Source: a virus (taxonomy: Duplodnaviria; Caudoviricetes). Taken from it: a stretch of DNA of 64,000 bases. Each line of letters opens with the position of its first letter. Position 1 is the first letter of the stretch. The notes beneath the pieces were generated by a model. That model worked only from the letters and a program-made list of their open reading frames with translations. It was not told the origin of the DNA and made no database searches. A program made the position numbers and the translations under genes. Location of the stretch: the IMG/VR virus record IMGVR_UViG_3300021255_000083, positions 32,001-96,000 of that record; one strand, written 5' to 3'. Shown here piece by piece: positions 33,209 to 44,927 of this stretch.

Positions 33209-34168
33209 TTATATAACATTTATAATAAAATAATTTATAATATTTTGCTTTAAAATTCTACCACTTTTAACTAATTCGTCTATTTCAGCAACTTTAAACG
33301 CACTATCAAAATAATAATCAGCATCAAAAGGTAAATTAAATGTTCTAAGCAACTTAGCTCTTCCCCAAGGTAACCCATAATTATATGCTCTAGAGCTTCC
33401 ATCATACTCACCATATTTTTTAACTAGTCCACAAATTAAAAAGTCGTTGAACATTCTTGTTATACTATAAAAGAACATATCATATTCCTCATATTGTGTA
33501 ACAACATCGCACCAATATGCTAAAACTTTGTAATTACCTGTGACAACAGCATTCATAAAATCATCGCACTCAAAATCAACTTGGTGTACTAACAACTGAT
33601 TTTTAAGCATTAAATCTTCATAAGCTTGCTGTTGTGATATATTTAAAGCATCTGCATAATTTTTTATCTTATCTGCCTCCAACAATATATTATTATATAA
33701 ATTGTTACAATTTACTGCTAATTCATTTTTATAATTATCTGGTATATTCAAAACACTCTCAACAAACTCCTCTGCCACGTTTGTCTGTACTGCTGGAAAT
33801 TCTGTAACAAATGCATCAAAATTTTTATACAAACTAGATTTTATAAAATCAACATCATCATAAATAAAAACACAACAATACCACTCATTATTTATACTAT
33901 CTATAAATGATTTAATAACGCCTACATCTTGCTTTGCAAAGTCTGTATCATCATACACTAAAATTAATTGACGTATATTAAATAAAGATTTTACTGAAAT
34001 CATATCTTTTATATCTGTCCAACTATTTAAATATGTAACCTGCGAAAAATACGAACCAAGTTTTTCTATATAATGTTTCCTTATGCCAAAATCATCACCA
34101 TAAAACACATAAAACTTGTCTACTTCATCTTTTAATAAACTTGATTTCAAATCTTCTAGCTTTCTCAT
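33209..34168 (-). CDS. Clamp-loader delta-like subunit
   Basis: KFYVFYGDDFGIRKHYI, KSLF, LEADKI; third gene in the dnaX operon. Confidence 0.6.
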   Translation of the reverse strand: MRKLEDLKSSLLKDEVDKFYVFYGDDFGIRKHYIEKLGSYFSQVTYLNSWTDIKDMISVKSLFNIRQLILVYDDTDFAKQDVGVIKSFIDSINNEWYCCVFIYDDVDFIKSSLYKNFDAFVTEFPAVQTNVAEEFVESVLNIPDNYKNELAVNCNNLYNNILLEADKIKNYADALNISQQQAYEDLMLKNQLLVHQVDFECDDFMNAVVTGNYKVLAYWCDVVTQYEEYDMFFYSITRMFNDFLICGLVKKYGEYDGSSRAYNYGLPWGRAKLLRTFNLPFDADYYFDSAFKVAEIDELVKSGRILKQNIINYFIINVI

Positions 34169-34977
34169 AATTCACCGCCCAACAAATGTATTTGATAAAA
34201 TGTTCTATAAAGTAATAATTTTCTGTTCAGTGTATTATCGTGCAATAAACTTTCTTTACATTCTATCAATAGTCTAAGAACATTTTGATAAGAATATTTT
34301 AACTTTAGGTTTGTTTTAATATTGTATGATATCACATTTATCAGCATTTCAATAAATAAATAACTAGGGTCAATTCCATTATACTTATATTCAAACTTTT
34401 TCAACATAACTATAATTTTATCAACACTTATGTAGGATAATGCTTCATACGTTTCATATACATAATATAATAGCTGTTCTATAAATTCATATTCCTTATA
34501 ATACTCACATTTAGCTGGAGTATCTACACCTGCTCTAAATAATTTAACTGCAATATCATTATTATAATATTTACCAAAATACCTAACCATTTCATCTTCT
34601 TTGTATGAAGCCATAATTAACTTAATAGCTCTACTTTCTAAGGTATTCAACTGATTACTACCTGTAATAACTATTTTATTACCTACAGGAGTTTCCTCTG
34701 TGACTTTTAATAAAGCATTTTTAGCTTGAATTGAAGCTTTATCAAAATCCTTAAAATGATATAATATTTTTGAATTTGGTGTCATAACACTAATTAATTC
34801 ACGAACACTCGATACACTATTATTAACTAAAACATAACTATATCCGAATACACTACATATATATTTCACCAAATTAGTTTTACCTGTATGTAAATCACCT
34901 TGAATTATGACAAAGTTCGGAATATCTTCCCATCTACTAATTATTTCTAAATTTAATGTTTGACCTACTAATTGCAT
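34165..34977 (-). CDS. Clamp-loader delta-prime-like AAA+ subunit
   Basis: GDLHTGKT, AKNALLKVTEETP, TLESR. Confidence 0.75.
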   Translation of the reverse strand: MQLVGQTLNLEIISRWEDIPNFVIIQGDLHTGKTNLVKYICSVFGYSYVLVNNSVSSVRELISVMTPNSKILYHFKDFDKASIQAKNALLKVTEETPVGNKIVITGSNQLNTLESRAIKLIMASYKEDEMVRYFGKYYNNDIAVKLFRAGVDTPAKCEYYKEYEFIEQLLYYVYETYEALSYISVDKIIVMLKKFEYKYNGIDPSYLFIEMLINVISYNIKTNLKLKYSYQNVLRLLIECKESLLHDNTLNRKLLLYRTFYQIHLLGGEL

Positions 34978-36008
34978 TTTTCAATTATCCAACTTTCTAA
35001 AATAATTTTCATATCATCTGAACTGAAGTCTGTTTTAACCGCAAGAATACTTTTCAATAAATCCTTAATTTGTTGTGTAAATGACATTATTGTATTAAGC
35101 CAATTAATTGTATTATCTGACAATGTTGTGATTTCTGGAGTTTGTGTTATCATATATTTAACACAATTTTGTAAATACTCTGTCCATAGTTTTAAAAATA
35201 AATGAATATCTATACCAGACATATAAATATTATTAAAATATATTAAAGCATTACTACATTGTGAATTTAATATATAACATAAAAATTCTGACATCACATC
35301 TTCCGTAACACCACCACTTGTGACTTTTGTAACATTTTCTAATGTTAAATTATTACTATAGTCTAAACACTTTTCCAGAATTGTGATGCTATCACGCATA
35401 CCACCTTTAGCAAGACGTGCAATATAATTTAATGCACTATCTTCGTATACTATTGGATTTAAATCAGTTGAAGCTCTTTCATTATTTTCACACTCGACTA
35501 TATATTTTAATCTACCCGTAATTCCATTTACACTTATTCTAGCAAAATTAAATCTTTGCACACGAGATAAAACTGTTCCAATAACTTTTTGTGGGTCAGT
35601 TGTACAAAACAGAAATATAACATATTCTGGAGGTTCTTCAAGTATCTTTAACATAGCATTCCAAGCTTGTGTTGATAACATATGTACCTCATCTAATAAA
35701 AACACTTTGTATCTACCTTTATATGGTCTTATTTTACAATCCTCTATTATTGCTCGTACGTCATCTACACCATTATGACTTGCACAATCAAGTTCTATAG
35801 GTTCAGTTTCATAATTATTTATCATATGTGCTATAATACGGGCACTTGTTGTTTTTCCAGTACCAGCCGAACCACAAAATAAATATGCGTGTTTTAAATT
35901 ATTTGTCTTAACTTGATTTTCTAAAATTATCTTTATACTATCTTGCTCTACAATATCATCGAATTTTTGTGGACGATATTTAGTAGCTAGTGTTGTATTA
36001 TTACTCAT
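34968..36008 (-). CDS. dnaX: DNA polymerase III gamma/tau-like clamp-loader ATPase
   Basis: KYRPQKFDDIV, GSAGTGKTT, LDEVHML, NAMLKILEEPP, SRVQRF, GGMRD. Confidence 0.92.
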   Translation of the reverse strand: MSNNTTLATKYRPQKFDDIVEQDSIKIILENQVKTNNLKHAYLFCGSAGTGKTTSARIIAHMINNYETEPIELDCASHNGVDDVRAIIEDCKIRPYKGRYKVFLLDEVHMLSTQAWNAMLKILEEPPEYVIFLFCTTDPQKVIGTVLSRVQRFNFARISVNGITGRLKYIVECENNERASTDLNPIVYEDSALNYIARLAKGGMRDSITILEKCLDYSNNLTLENVTKVTSGGVTEDVMSEFLCYILNSQCSNALIYFNNIYMSGIDIHLFLKLWTEYLQNCVKYMITQTPEITTLSDNTINWLNTIMSFTQQIKDLLKSILAVKTDFSSDDMKIILESWIIEKCN

Positions 36009-36022
36009 TGTAACCCCCCAAT

Positions 36023-36348
36023 TTATTTTAATAAATCTATCAGTTGCATAAATACATCCTCTGTTATTATATAAAATCTTTCCTTACTATCCCCAAAATC
36101 AAAACAAAGTGCTCTATTATCCTTACCAGTAGCAAACTGTTCCTCTTTTAACTTTTCCAACCATTCTTTTTTAATTGAAAATGATTTTTTAGGCTCCATA
36201 CAAGTTTTAGCCTCGATTAGCCATTCTTGACCTATATATAAATCTCCGTTTATCAAATTTAGTTGCTCCGACTATTTGATGTACGTCTTGCACCTAATGT
36301 TTTTGCTATACACTTTTCTTGTGCTGTACTAACATCTCTAGTTGTCAT
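36023..36348 (-). CDS. PD-(D/E)XK Holliday junction resolvase-like protein (107 aa) with two CGGA sites (36267-36270, 36245-36248)
   Basis: MTTRDVSTAQEKCIAKTLGARRTSNS-[G]-ATKFDK-[G]-DLYIGQEWLIEAKT restores an NSGAT..KGD..IEAK motif. Confidence 0.8.
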
Positions 36349-36861
36349 CTCATTACCCCCAATACATTATATAATCAGCATTAATATAATATCTATCTCC
36401 ACCTTCATATGTAACTCCTATAACCTTACTTTCCTCTATAGCTTTATTTAGTTCTATATCTGTATGTACATTCATAACTTCAACATCTTCAAATTCCATA
36501 TCCATACATTTAATAAATTTAACTTTCATTATTATCTTCCTTTTTATTCCACACAATATTTAAGTACGGCATTACTTCTGGATTTGCCATATAAGCTCTA
36601 AACTCTGCCTCACCTAATCCACCTAAATCATCATTATCGTTTATTTCTATACCAACTATCTTCATACTACCTATATATGCTGTACCATATTTTTTAATTT
36701 CTGGGAGATTAGAGATGTGTTGAGTTAATACATCTCTAATTCTTCTATCTATTTCTATAAGGTCTTTATCTTCCTGTAATACCCATTCTATCATTTCAGC
36801 ATTAAATAAACCTTGGTCTTTCACTCGATATAATTCATACTTTATATACATAATACTACAC

Positions 36862-37972
36862 CTACCATAATCTAAATTCTCTTCTTGTTTTCTTTCTTCC
36901 AGTATTAAATAAATTTGTCAATATATTTTCTAAAACATTTACAACTATACTATTTCCTGCTTGTTTATAAAGTTGAGTATTGCTTGTTGGAACTAATGCA
37001 GCTTTTTCAAAATCTTCATCGTCAAATCCCATAAGTCGCCAACATTCTTTAGGAGTTAGTTTTCTAATTCTATAATTATCAATCAACACTTTAGGCATCC
37101 TATTACCACCATTGCAAGTATCCATAGTAGGAGAAAGACCACCACTATCATAAATTCTGCCTGCTTGAGGATTAGGTTCTCTAGCAGTTCCATACACCTG
37201 AGCCACCTGAACGCATTTAATAAAATTATCATCCATTCTACTACCTGCTCTAGTAGTTACAGACTTCGCAACAACGTTACCATCTGATACACCAAATCTA
37301 AAACCATTCCCTTTTTCTTTTTGTATCTGTTCATTCTTATAGAAGAAGTTAACCATCTTTTCACTTAAATAATATTTCTCCTCAACTTCATCTTCTAAAA
37401 CATCCTTTAATCTTAATTTCAATTCCATAGGTTCTGGAAAAACAAAATCCCAATTATCAATATCTTTCCTAATACTAACCGTATAAACTCTTTCCCTATG
37501 CTGAGGTACACCATAATCTTTCGCATCTAATACCTTATAATACGAATTATACCCTATCATACTCATAGTTTCTATATAATTATCGAAATTATGCTTATGT
37601 TTTTTACTTAATAAATTTTTAACATTCTCCCACAACACATATTTCGGTTTTAATTTTGAAACAATCCTCACTGTTTCATACATAAGTGAAGACCTTGTAC
37701 CAGAATTTTCATCTGCACCAGCTTGATTACCCGCTATGGATATATCTTGACAAGGCGAGCCGGTGCATAATAAAATCGACTTTTAAATCTTTATCCCACT
37801 TTGTAATATCTTGTGGAGTAAAATTAGTTCCATTTATAGCATTATAACTATCTACTGCATATTTATCTATTTCAACATAATCAACAACATTGTATGGTAT
37901 TCCCAATCTCTTGAATGCTTTAGTACAGGCACCTATACCTCCAAATAACTCTAAAAGTTTTATTGGCTCCAA
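36862..37972 (-). CDS. C5 cytosine DNA methyltransferase (369 aa), CGGC recoding at 37759-37762
   Basis: ELFGGIG motif I, H-[CGGC=G]-SPCQDIS motif IV, ENV motif VI, PQHRERVY, QAGNS motif X. Confidence 0.92.
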
Positions 37973-37977
37973 CTAAA

Positions 37978-39091
37978 TCACTCCTCTGCATTAGCAACTG
38001 TTTCATTTGCTTTGGCTAATGTATCCTCATCAACCAACTCTTCTATATCCTTGCCATCTACAACAGCATCGATTAAATCTAACCACTCTTTATGTTGCTC
38101 CAATTGTTCTTTTAAACTAACCTTACCTTGTATTTTTTTATCATTTAGTAACTCTCCTGTTGTTGGGTCTATAATATCATAAAATGCACCCCTCTGCAAT
38201 ATTACACCAACTTGTAATCCAACTTCAATATAATCACTCATTAAATCTGGACCTGTTACATACTTAATTGTATAATATCCAACACGCCTTGTACTTGGAA
38301 ACACTTTACTCTTTAATACAACAACATTTATTAAATTACCTGCTGGATTTTCAGCACTATTTGTTAACTCTTTGTTATTTTCGTCAATAAATTTTCCTTT
38401 TCTAAATTCCATTCTAACTGAACACATATGTTTAAATCCTCTACCTCCGAGGAGTTATAGTTCCACCAAACATTGAATTTAAATTGTCTCTAACTTGGTT
38501 TATACATATAATTGATACATTATCCTCTCTTAAATATCTTCCAGCTTTCAGACAAAAGTTTTGTAAAGATTGAGCCAAACCACCATAAATTTTTTCACCT
38601 ACACCTTTACTTTCCAATTGTTCTGGTATCATAGATGCAATACTATCAAGTACTACTAAACCTATTTCTCTACCCTCTAATAATTTTAATATAGTATTTA
38701 AAATATCTTGTGCTGATATACCTGCCATTTTTAATCTATAAATTCTAGTTGTATCTAAACCAAATTTAGATGACCAAGTATAATCAAATGTTCCCTCAAC
38801 ATCTATAAACACTATCTTTTTAGGCTCTTCTCCTGTTTCTTTCGCCATTTTATCAAATTTTATTTGAGCATTTTTCATTATATCTACTGCTGTCGATGTT
38901 TTACCAGAACCTTCAGGTCCACTAAATTCTACAATATGACCCATAGGAATACCTCCAAATGTCATATAATTTAATCTAGGACTTGAAAATGGTATTCTAT
39001 CATAATCATTTTTCTCAACACCAGTTTCTACAATATTACCACCATACGCACTATCAATATCTTTTAATATCTTATCTGTTATTGAAGCCAT
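37978..39091 (-). CDS. recA: RecA/UvsX recombinase (370 aa), CGGA recoding at 38446-38449
   Basis: GGIPMG, GPEGSGKTS, LDSIA, INQVR, ITP-[G]-GRGFKHMCSVRMEF. Confidence 0.9.
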
Positions 39092-39133
39092 ATTAACCTC
39101 CATTCTATTTATAATACATATTTATAACCTTCT

Positions 39134-39694
39134 TTAAAAATTAGTTTTGTTACCTATCTCTATACCTTGTACCCTAGTTGAATGTATACGTTTAACTGCA
39201 TTTAATACTTCAACTGCCATTGATATTTTTTGTTTTATAATTTTATATGCTCTATCATATATCACACTATCAAACTTTTCTGTCATTGTTGCTAATTCAG
39301 AAGCAGATTGTTTTTCACCCACAGTTCCTCTAGCAATTTTATATGCTTCATTATAACTTTCCTTATATATAAGACTTGCTAGGTCTGACTGCATACCTAC
39401 AACTTCTTGATTATCTGTAACATCATATAATAATACAGGTAGTTGCAATAATATATCTTCTATCTCTTGGTCAGTTAATATATCTGTATCATCCTTCAAC
39501 ATTTCTTTTATTTTAGTGACTACATCAGTTAGGTCACCGATATGCTCATCAACAATTCTAGCAATAGCATTCTCCATAGAAACACTGGGTCTACCAACTC
39601 TCTCCCTACTATCTTGAGCATTATAATTCATAATATTACTCCTCTCTATCTGGGTCTTTAAGCCAACTTTTATAAAATTTAACCCAATCCTCAA
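39134..39694 (-). CDS. Hypothetical helical protein, possibly a recombination mediator
   Basis: Lies between the resolvase and recA. Confidence 0.45.
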   Translation of the reverse strand: MRIGLNFIKVGLKTQIERSNIMNYNAQDSRERVGRPSVSMENAIARIVDEHIGDLTDVVTKIKEMLKDDTDILTDQEIEDILLQLPVLLYDVTDNQEVVGMQSDLASLIYKESYNEAYKIARGTVGEKQSASELATMTEKFDSVIYDRAYKIIKQKISMAVEVLNAVKRIHSTRVQGIEIGNKTNF

Positions 39695-39992
39695 ATTTAG
39701 CTGTTGCTAACCAAGGTTTTCTATTTTTTCTGTGAAATACCACAGGTATACGCTTCTCTTTCTTTGTCTCCAAATCTCTCTCAGCTTGCTCCATAGCTTT
39801 ATCTATATTTAAAGCTTCTACACGTTTTACCTCTATATGTATGCCATCTAATCCTTCACAATCAGCTAAAGATTGTTCTAATTTACCATTAGTCTGAGCA
39901 GTTCTATGTACACCACTCAGACCATATTTTTCACACTCGTGTGCAAACTCTAACTCACCCTTTTTACCCTTCTGTTTACTGTTAATACTCAT
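39636..39992 (-). CDS. Hjc-like PD-(D/E)XK Holliday junction resolvase
   Basis: SKQKGKKGELE...ADC...IHIEVKRVE...PVVFHRKNRKPW. Confidence 0.8.
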   Translation of the reverse strand: MSINSKQKGKKGELEFAHECEKYGLSGVHRTAQTNGKLEQSLADCEGLDGIHIEVKRVEALNIDKAMEQAERDLETKKEKRIPVVFHRKNRKPWLATAKFEDWVKFYKSWLKDPDREE

Positions 39993-40017
39993 TATTAATC
40001 ACCTCAATAATATTTTA

Positions 40018-41514
40018 TTAATCATAAACATATGCAACTAAACATTTATATTCACTAAATGCTAAGCATATACAAGGTGAATTTTCAGATGTATCAATTA
40101 ATAAATCTATAGTCTTATCTGATATTGTCTGTAATGTGCTATATAATTTTGTTGCAGGAAGATATATTGGAGTTGCAATACTTATATTATTAACATTTTC
40201 TACCATTATAGTATACTCAGCCTCACCACTCATAGAACCTATCTTCATAACATTTCCAACAATAGAAATAGCAATTTTATCTCTATCTCTTAAAGGATTT
40301 ATAAACTGAATTACAGGATTTAATGTATCTACCAAGACCTTTCTATCTACTTTTACTGTATTTGCAAATCCTTCAGATTTCCAATAATTTCTACATAAAT
40401 CTATAGGAAAGTCTATAGGAACATCTGCACTACCACATAATGTTATCCTCTCATCAGAACAAATTATACCTCCAACAACATTAGTAGCAGGATTGCTAAT
40501 AAATCCTATTCTAAACTTAGTTAAATCAAATGGTAATGTTGCAACTAAATCACAGAATTTTGATTTTAAGAAGAACTCTTTATCACCTAAACCTAACTTA
40601 TTATCTTGCATTAACATTAAAACCCTATCTGATGAAGCTATAATGTCACTAAAATAAGTTCCTTCTAATGCAACCATACCTAACTTATTCGCAAAATTTC
40701 TAACTGTTTTACTTACACTTAATGTTTGTAAAAAATCCTCATAATTAACCGGATGCATATCTGCATAAGCCATACTAAACGTTAATTCATTTACTATTGG
40801 TTGTTGTGTACTTAAATCAATCTTTTGTGGAAATTTGAATGTACCACTACCATTATCTCCATCTGTAACAATAGTTAATATATTATTTACATTATCATAA
40901 GATAATGTTACATTATTTGTTGATACAGAATTAATAAAACTACCAACCATTTTTATATCTAATGACATTTCTACTGGATTTTTAAAAATATATCTCTTAT
41001 CTATTATTTCAATATCTTCGTTGCCACTAGTAGCTCTTAGAATAATTCCATTTTCATTAAATAGAATATTAAGCACCTCAGAGCGAGGTTGTGTATTATT
41101 TGCAACTCCAACTTTTCTTGCTATATTAATCAATTCCTTCAATACTACTGTAGGTAATGTTACCTCACCATCAATTAAAATTGGTTGATTTGCTATAGTA
41201 ATCTGCTCAGGCTCAACATCAACAACTTCACTGTGCATATTTTGAGTAACACTGACACCTTGTTGTGGCATCTGAATTACTGTAGCTTCAGTGTTTGTTG
41301 CAGTTACCGTAGTTGTTACACTTGATTGTGTTGGTATAACAGGTGATTGCACAGCCTGTGTACCTCCAACAGTAAAAGGTGTTTGTGTAGGTGGTACAAC
41401 TTGTGTATTACCAAATACAGGTGGTGTAGCACCTCCCACGTTATTTCCTAAATTAATTGTTTGATTTTCATTATTTTCTATCATTTTAATTCCCTCCAAT
41501 ATAATATACCTCAT
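40018..41514 (-). CDS. Sliding clamp (beta-subunit-like) with a low-complexity N-terminal extension
   Basis: ILRATSGNE, ASSDRVL, three-domain length; co-occurs with the clamp loader. Confidence 0.6.
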   Translation of the reverse strand: MRYIILEGIKMIENNENQTINLGNNVGGATPPVFGNTQVVPPTQTPFTVGGTQAVQSPVIPTQSSVTTTVTATNTEATVIQMPQQGVSVTQNMHSEVVDVEPEQITIANQPILIDGEVTLPTVVLKELINIARKVGVANNTQPRSEVLNILFNENGIILRATSGNEDIEIIDKRYIFKNPVEMSLDIKMVGSFINSVSTNNVTLSYDNVNNILTIVTDGDNGSGTFKFPQKIDLSTQQPIVNELTFSMAYADMHPVNYEDFLQTLSVSKTVRNFANKLGMVALEGTYFSDIIASSDRVLMLMQDNKLGLGDKEFFLKSKFCDLVATLPFDLTKFRIGFISNPATNVVGGIICSDERITLCGSADVPIDFPIDLCRNYWKSEGFANTVKVDRKVLVDTLNPVIQFINPLRDRDKIAISIVGNVMKIGSMSGEAEYTIMVENVNNISIATPIYLPATKLYSTLQTISDKTIDLLIDTSENSPCICLAFSEYKCLVAYVYD

Positions 41515-41517
41515 TTT

Positions 41518-41847
41518 TTAAATTTTATCTTCTTCATATGTAACTATTTTTCCATCCATCGATTTTATATCAACTTTATAGCAAGGCACTATCTGTTCAC
41601 ATATCCAATTAGCCATAACCTCTTCTGTTGGATTGCATACTAAATCATTTAATTTATTATATGCACCTAATCTATCCTGTAAAAATAGTTCTATACTTTC
41701 ATAATCAGCAATTATACCTGTACTATCAACATTTCTATTTCTACAGTATACAGTTATTTCCCATATATCTGACACATCAGATGGTATATCATTTAATTCT
41801 ATACTATAAAACACGGATATTTTAAATGACTTTTTGCTATAATACAT
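41518..41847 (-). CDS. QueD/PTPS-like protein (degenerate)
   Basis: WEITVYCR...GIIADY...LNDLVCNPTEEVMANWI; the catalytic His motifs are not evident. Confidence 0.55.
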   Translation of the reverse strand: MYYSKKSFKISVFYSIELNDIPSDVSDIWEITVYCRNRNVDSTGIIADYESIELFLQDRLGAYNKLNDLVCNPTEEVMANWICEQIVPCYKVDIKSMDGKIVTYEEDKI

Positions 41848-41849
41848 CC

Positions 41850-42104
41850 TTAATTCCTCCCTTTATAATCTAAATCCTTACCATATAACTGTATATACAT
41901 TGGTCTTAATATTTTTATAGCTTGCCTACATTGAGCTCTTGTAAAATATTTAACGTGTGTTTCTTCAGGTTCTAATCCCATTCTATTTGCCAACACATTA
42001 TACATAGATGTTCTAGCTTTACCTCTATGACAACCTATACCCCAAATAGCATCCAAATATCTATGAACAGTATGCCTATAATGTTGTACATTCTTATAGC
42101 TCAT
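41850..42104 (-). CDS. DUF3268-like small protein
   Basis: RHTVHRYLDAIW...RTSMYNVLANRMGL...HVKYF. Confidence 0.5.
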   Translation of the reverse strand: MSYKNVQHYRHTVHRYLDAIWGIGCHRGKARTSMYNVLANRMGLEPEETHVKYFTRAQCRQAIKILRPMYIQLYGKDLDYKGRN

Positions 42105-42119
42105 ACCATCACCTTATCC

Positions 42120-42531
42120 TCAAAAATATGTAAATTCAGCATAATTATTTAATAAATTAACATCTGAAAAATCCAAAATTCTACCAATATACACATCTAT
42201 ATTACTCTTTAGTTCTTCTTTATAACAAGCAAATTCACCAAAACATACATCAGTATTAAATCCGAAACCAACTATTTTAAATTTATGACTATCTAATCTT
42301 TCAAGTTGTATAGAACCTCTAGTTGCTCCGTGGTACTCTGAAAGCTATCTGCAATAATTTGTTAGAAGAATATACACCTATATCGTTATATAAATATGTT
42401 TTATAAAATGTATAATTACTCTTACTATCTAAAATATATTTATCCATAAACTCAGTCACTTCACATACTAAGTCACCGTACTTATCACCATTACTCCATT
42501 TATATTTAACCTTAATAGGTGCATACTCCAT
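42120..42531 (-). CDS. Hypothetical protein (136 aa) restored by CGGA at 42327-42330
   Basis: FRVP-[G]-ATRGSIQLER... runs open to TGA at 42120, just before the next gene's RBS. Confidence 0.75.
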
Positions 42532-42538
42532 AACTAAT

Positions 42539-44911
42539 TTATGCCTCCTGTTTTAATTTTTCTTTATAGTAATCTTCACCATAATACTTACCTGTCTCCA
42601 TATAATCTTTATACTGCATTGCTGTTATTTCATTATCCTCAGTTGATACATCATCCCCATACCATACAAAGAAACACTCTACATCGCATTTCATTTGAAC
42701 TTTTATCTTGTCTGCACCTGATTGTATCATTAATTTTGACATTAGCTCAGCACATCTTTTACGATTTTCAAATGGACATTCTGCTATTATCTCATCGTGT
42801 ACAGGAAATAGCATCCTAAATCCTAATTTTTTTAATTCCTCATTTTGTCCTATCATTATCATAGCACGTTTTGACATATCTGCTGAACTTCCTTGTATAA
42901 CACTATTTAAACACTGTCTTAATGCTTCAGCAATAAAACTCTTATTATTTAAAATAGTTATACCATCTTTTTCAGCTTGCTCAATAATTTTCTTCTGTTT
43001 ATTAAAATTAGCTTTTTCTAATTGTGCATTATACATATCTATTATATCTTGTGGTACTTTTTTATTTATAACACTTTTTGCTGTAAATAATGGATTAAAG
43101 TCAACCTTCCTTTTATCGTTATATCTATAACTATATGGTTGGTCTTGAATGTGTTGTAAATATCTTCTACGACCCCAAGCTGTTGTTGTAAATCCATCTC
43201 TTTTAGCATTATTTTGTACCAGCTCTGTAAAATTTTTAATTGTTGGATATGATATATAAAAATCATCTATAATCTTCTGTGCTTCTTCAGTTGTACTATG
43301 TATTTGTTCTGCAACTGATGCTACACCTCTTCCGGTACATTATACCCAATAATATTGATTTAGTTGCACTTCTTCTTTTCTTCCCTTCCGGATTTGTCTT
43401 ATCTGTTTTCTTACCATTTTCATCTAAATAAAATTCCATACAATCAGCATATGGCATTTTATATATTTCTGATGCCATTGTTGCATATAAATCTTTACCT
43501 GTTGCATATGCTTCCTGCATTTTTGCATCATCAGCTAAACTTGCTAAACATCTTGGTTCCTGTTGACTGAAATCGGAACTCATCAATATATAACCGTGGT
43601 GTTGCACCAAATAATCTTCTTAGCTCTTTACCCTCACCTCTACTAGGAATTTGTTGTAGATTAGGGTCTGAGCTCGAAAATCTGCCAGTTGCAGCACCAT
43701 ACTGATTTAAGCTAGTGTGTATCTTATTATCAAATCCCTTATCAACTCTATCAGGTAGTGCGACTATAAATGCATCTATCAATTTTTGCATCGCTCTAAA
43801 CTCTAGTAAAGCTTTAGTTAAGTCTGTATTTATTTCTTGTAATTCAGCTCTACCAGTACCTCTTCCACCTTTTTTTAATTTATATCCTATAATATCATAA
43901 AATAAAATACTTAATTGAGATGGACTAGTTAATAATATCGGGTCATCTAATTTTTTATTAAAATGTTTTATTCTATATTCATCTATTTGCTCTTTATATT
44001 TATTTATTTCTGCATATACTTTCTTTTCAGCTTCTGCTAATCTTATTGAATATTTTTCTTTAAACTCATCACACATTGCCATATTCAAATTAACACCAGT
44101 ACGCTGCATATCCTCTAATATTGGTAGTAATGGCATTTCTATATTTTCCATTACATACTTAACACCCTCAAACTCAGGTTCATTTAGCTTTTTATATTGG
44201 TACTCAAATAATGCCAATGTCATAAAAGCATCTTTTGCACCATATACTGTAGCTGTTTCTAACGGAACATAATCAAATGTTATACCGTGAAATAAATTGT
44301 CAAATCTATTTACTCCTTCATCTTCTACTGCTACATATTTATTGTATTGAAATTTCAAAGAGTGTTCTTCATCTTGCCATAATAGCTGTGAGGCAAGCAT
44401 AGTGTCCCAATATGGGTCTGGCATTGGTCTCCCCATAAATGTCCTCATCACACTAAGGTCGAATTTAGCATTATGATATATATATTTAAATGTTCTTGTA
44501 TCTAATATTTTTTCAAATAGTTCTTTAAACTTAATTGATGACATCTGTATCCAATCAGGTAATATTATACCATCTACATATGATTTATGATTTAATGGTA
44601 CATATATGGCTTGTTTTCCGATTACATAAACAAACACCTACCAATGTATCTGTAAACGTATTCAACCCAGTTGTTTCCGTATCTATTGCCATATATGCAT
44701 TTTCAGGTGTCTCATCAAAGAAAGACTGCAAATCTTCAACATTGGTGACACACCTGCTCATTTTCTTATAATTACCTAATTTTTCATCAACTAATTTTTT
44801 AGCTGTTTCTATTAATGATTGTACAGTATCACCTTTTTTAAGTTTTATTTGACTACCCGATTTACTACTTTGTTTTTTTGATTTGTCACTTGGTAAATCA
44901 AATAAAGCCAT
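42539..44911 (-). CDS. polA: Family A DNA polymerase with 3'-5' exonuclease (789 aa), three CGGN recoding sites (44617-44620, 43593-43596, 43331-43334)
   Basis: DTETTG, HNAKFD, TGRFSSSDPNLQQIP, ATP-[G]-YILMSSDFSQQEPR (motif A), KSILLGIMY-[G]-RG (motif B), IQGSSAD, VHDE (motif C). Confidence 0.93.
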
Positions 44912-44927
44912 TTATAATACCTCCTCA

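Noticed and set aside
41518-41847. 7-deazaguanine DNA-modification pathway
   Set aside because: Only a degenerate QueD-like gene; no folE, queC, queE or dpdA in the window
43066-43266. 66-aa ORF inside the polymerase region
   Set aside because: Out-of-frame shadow; the true polymerase frame runs through it after the 43331 site
42539-44911. Group I/II introns splitting the polymerase
   Set aside because: The fragments join with one extra base; there is no intervening sequence
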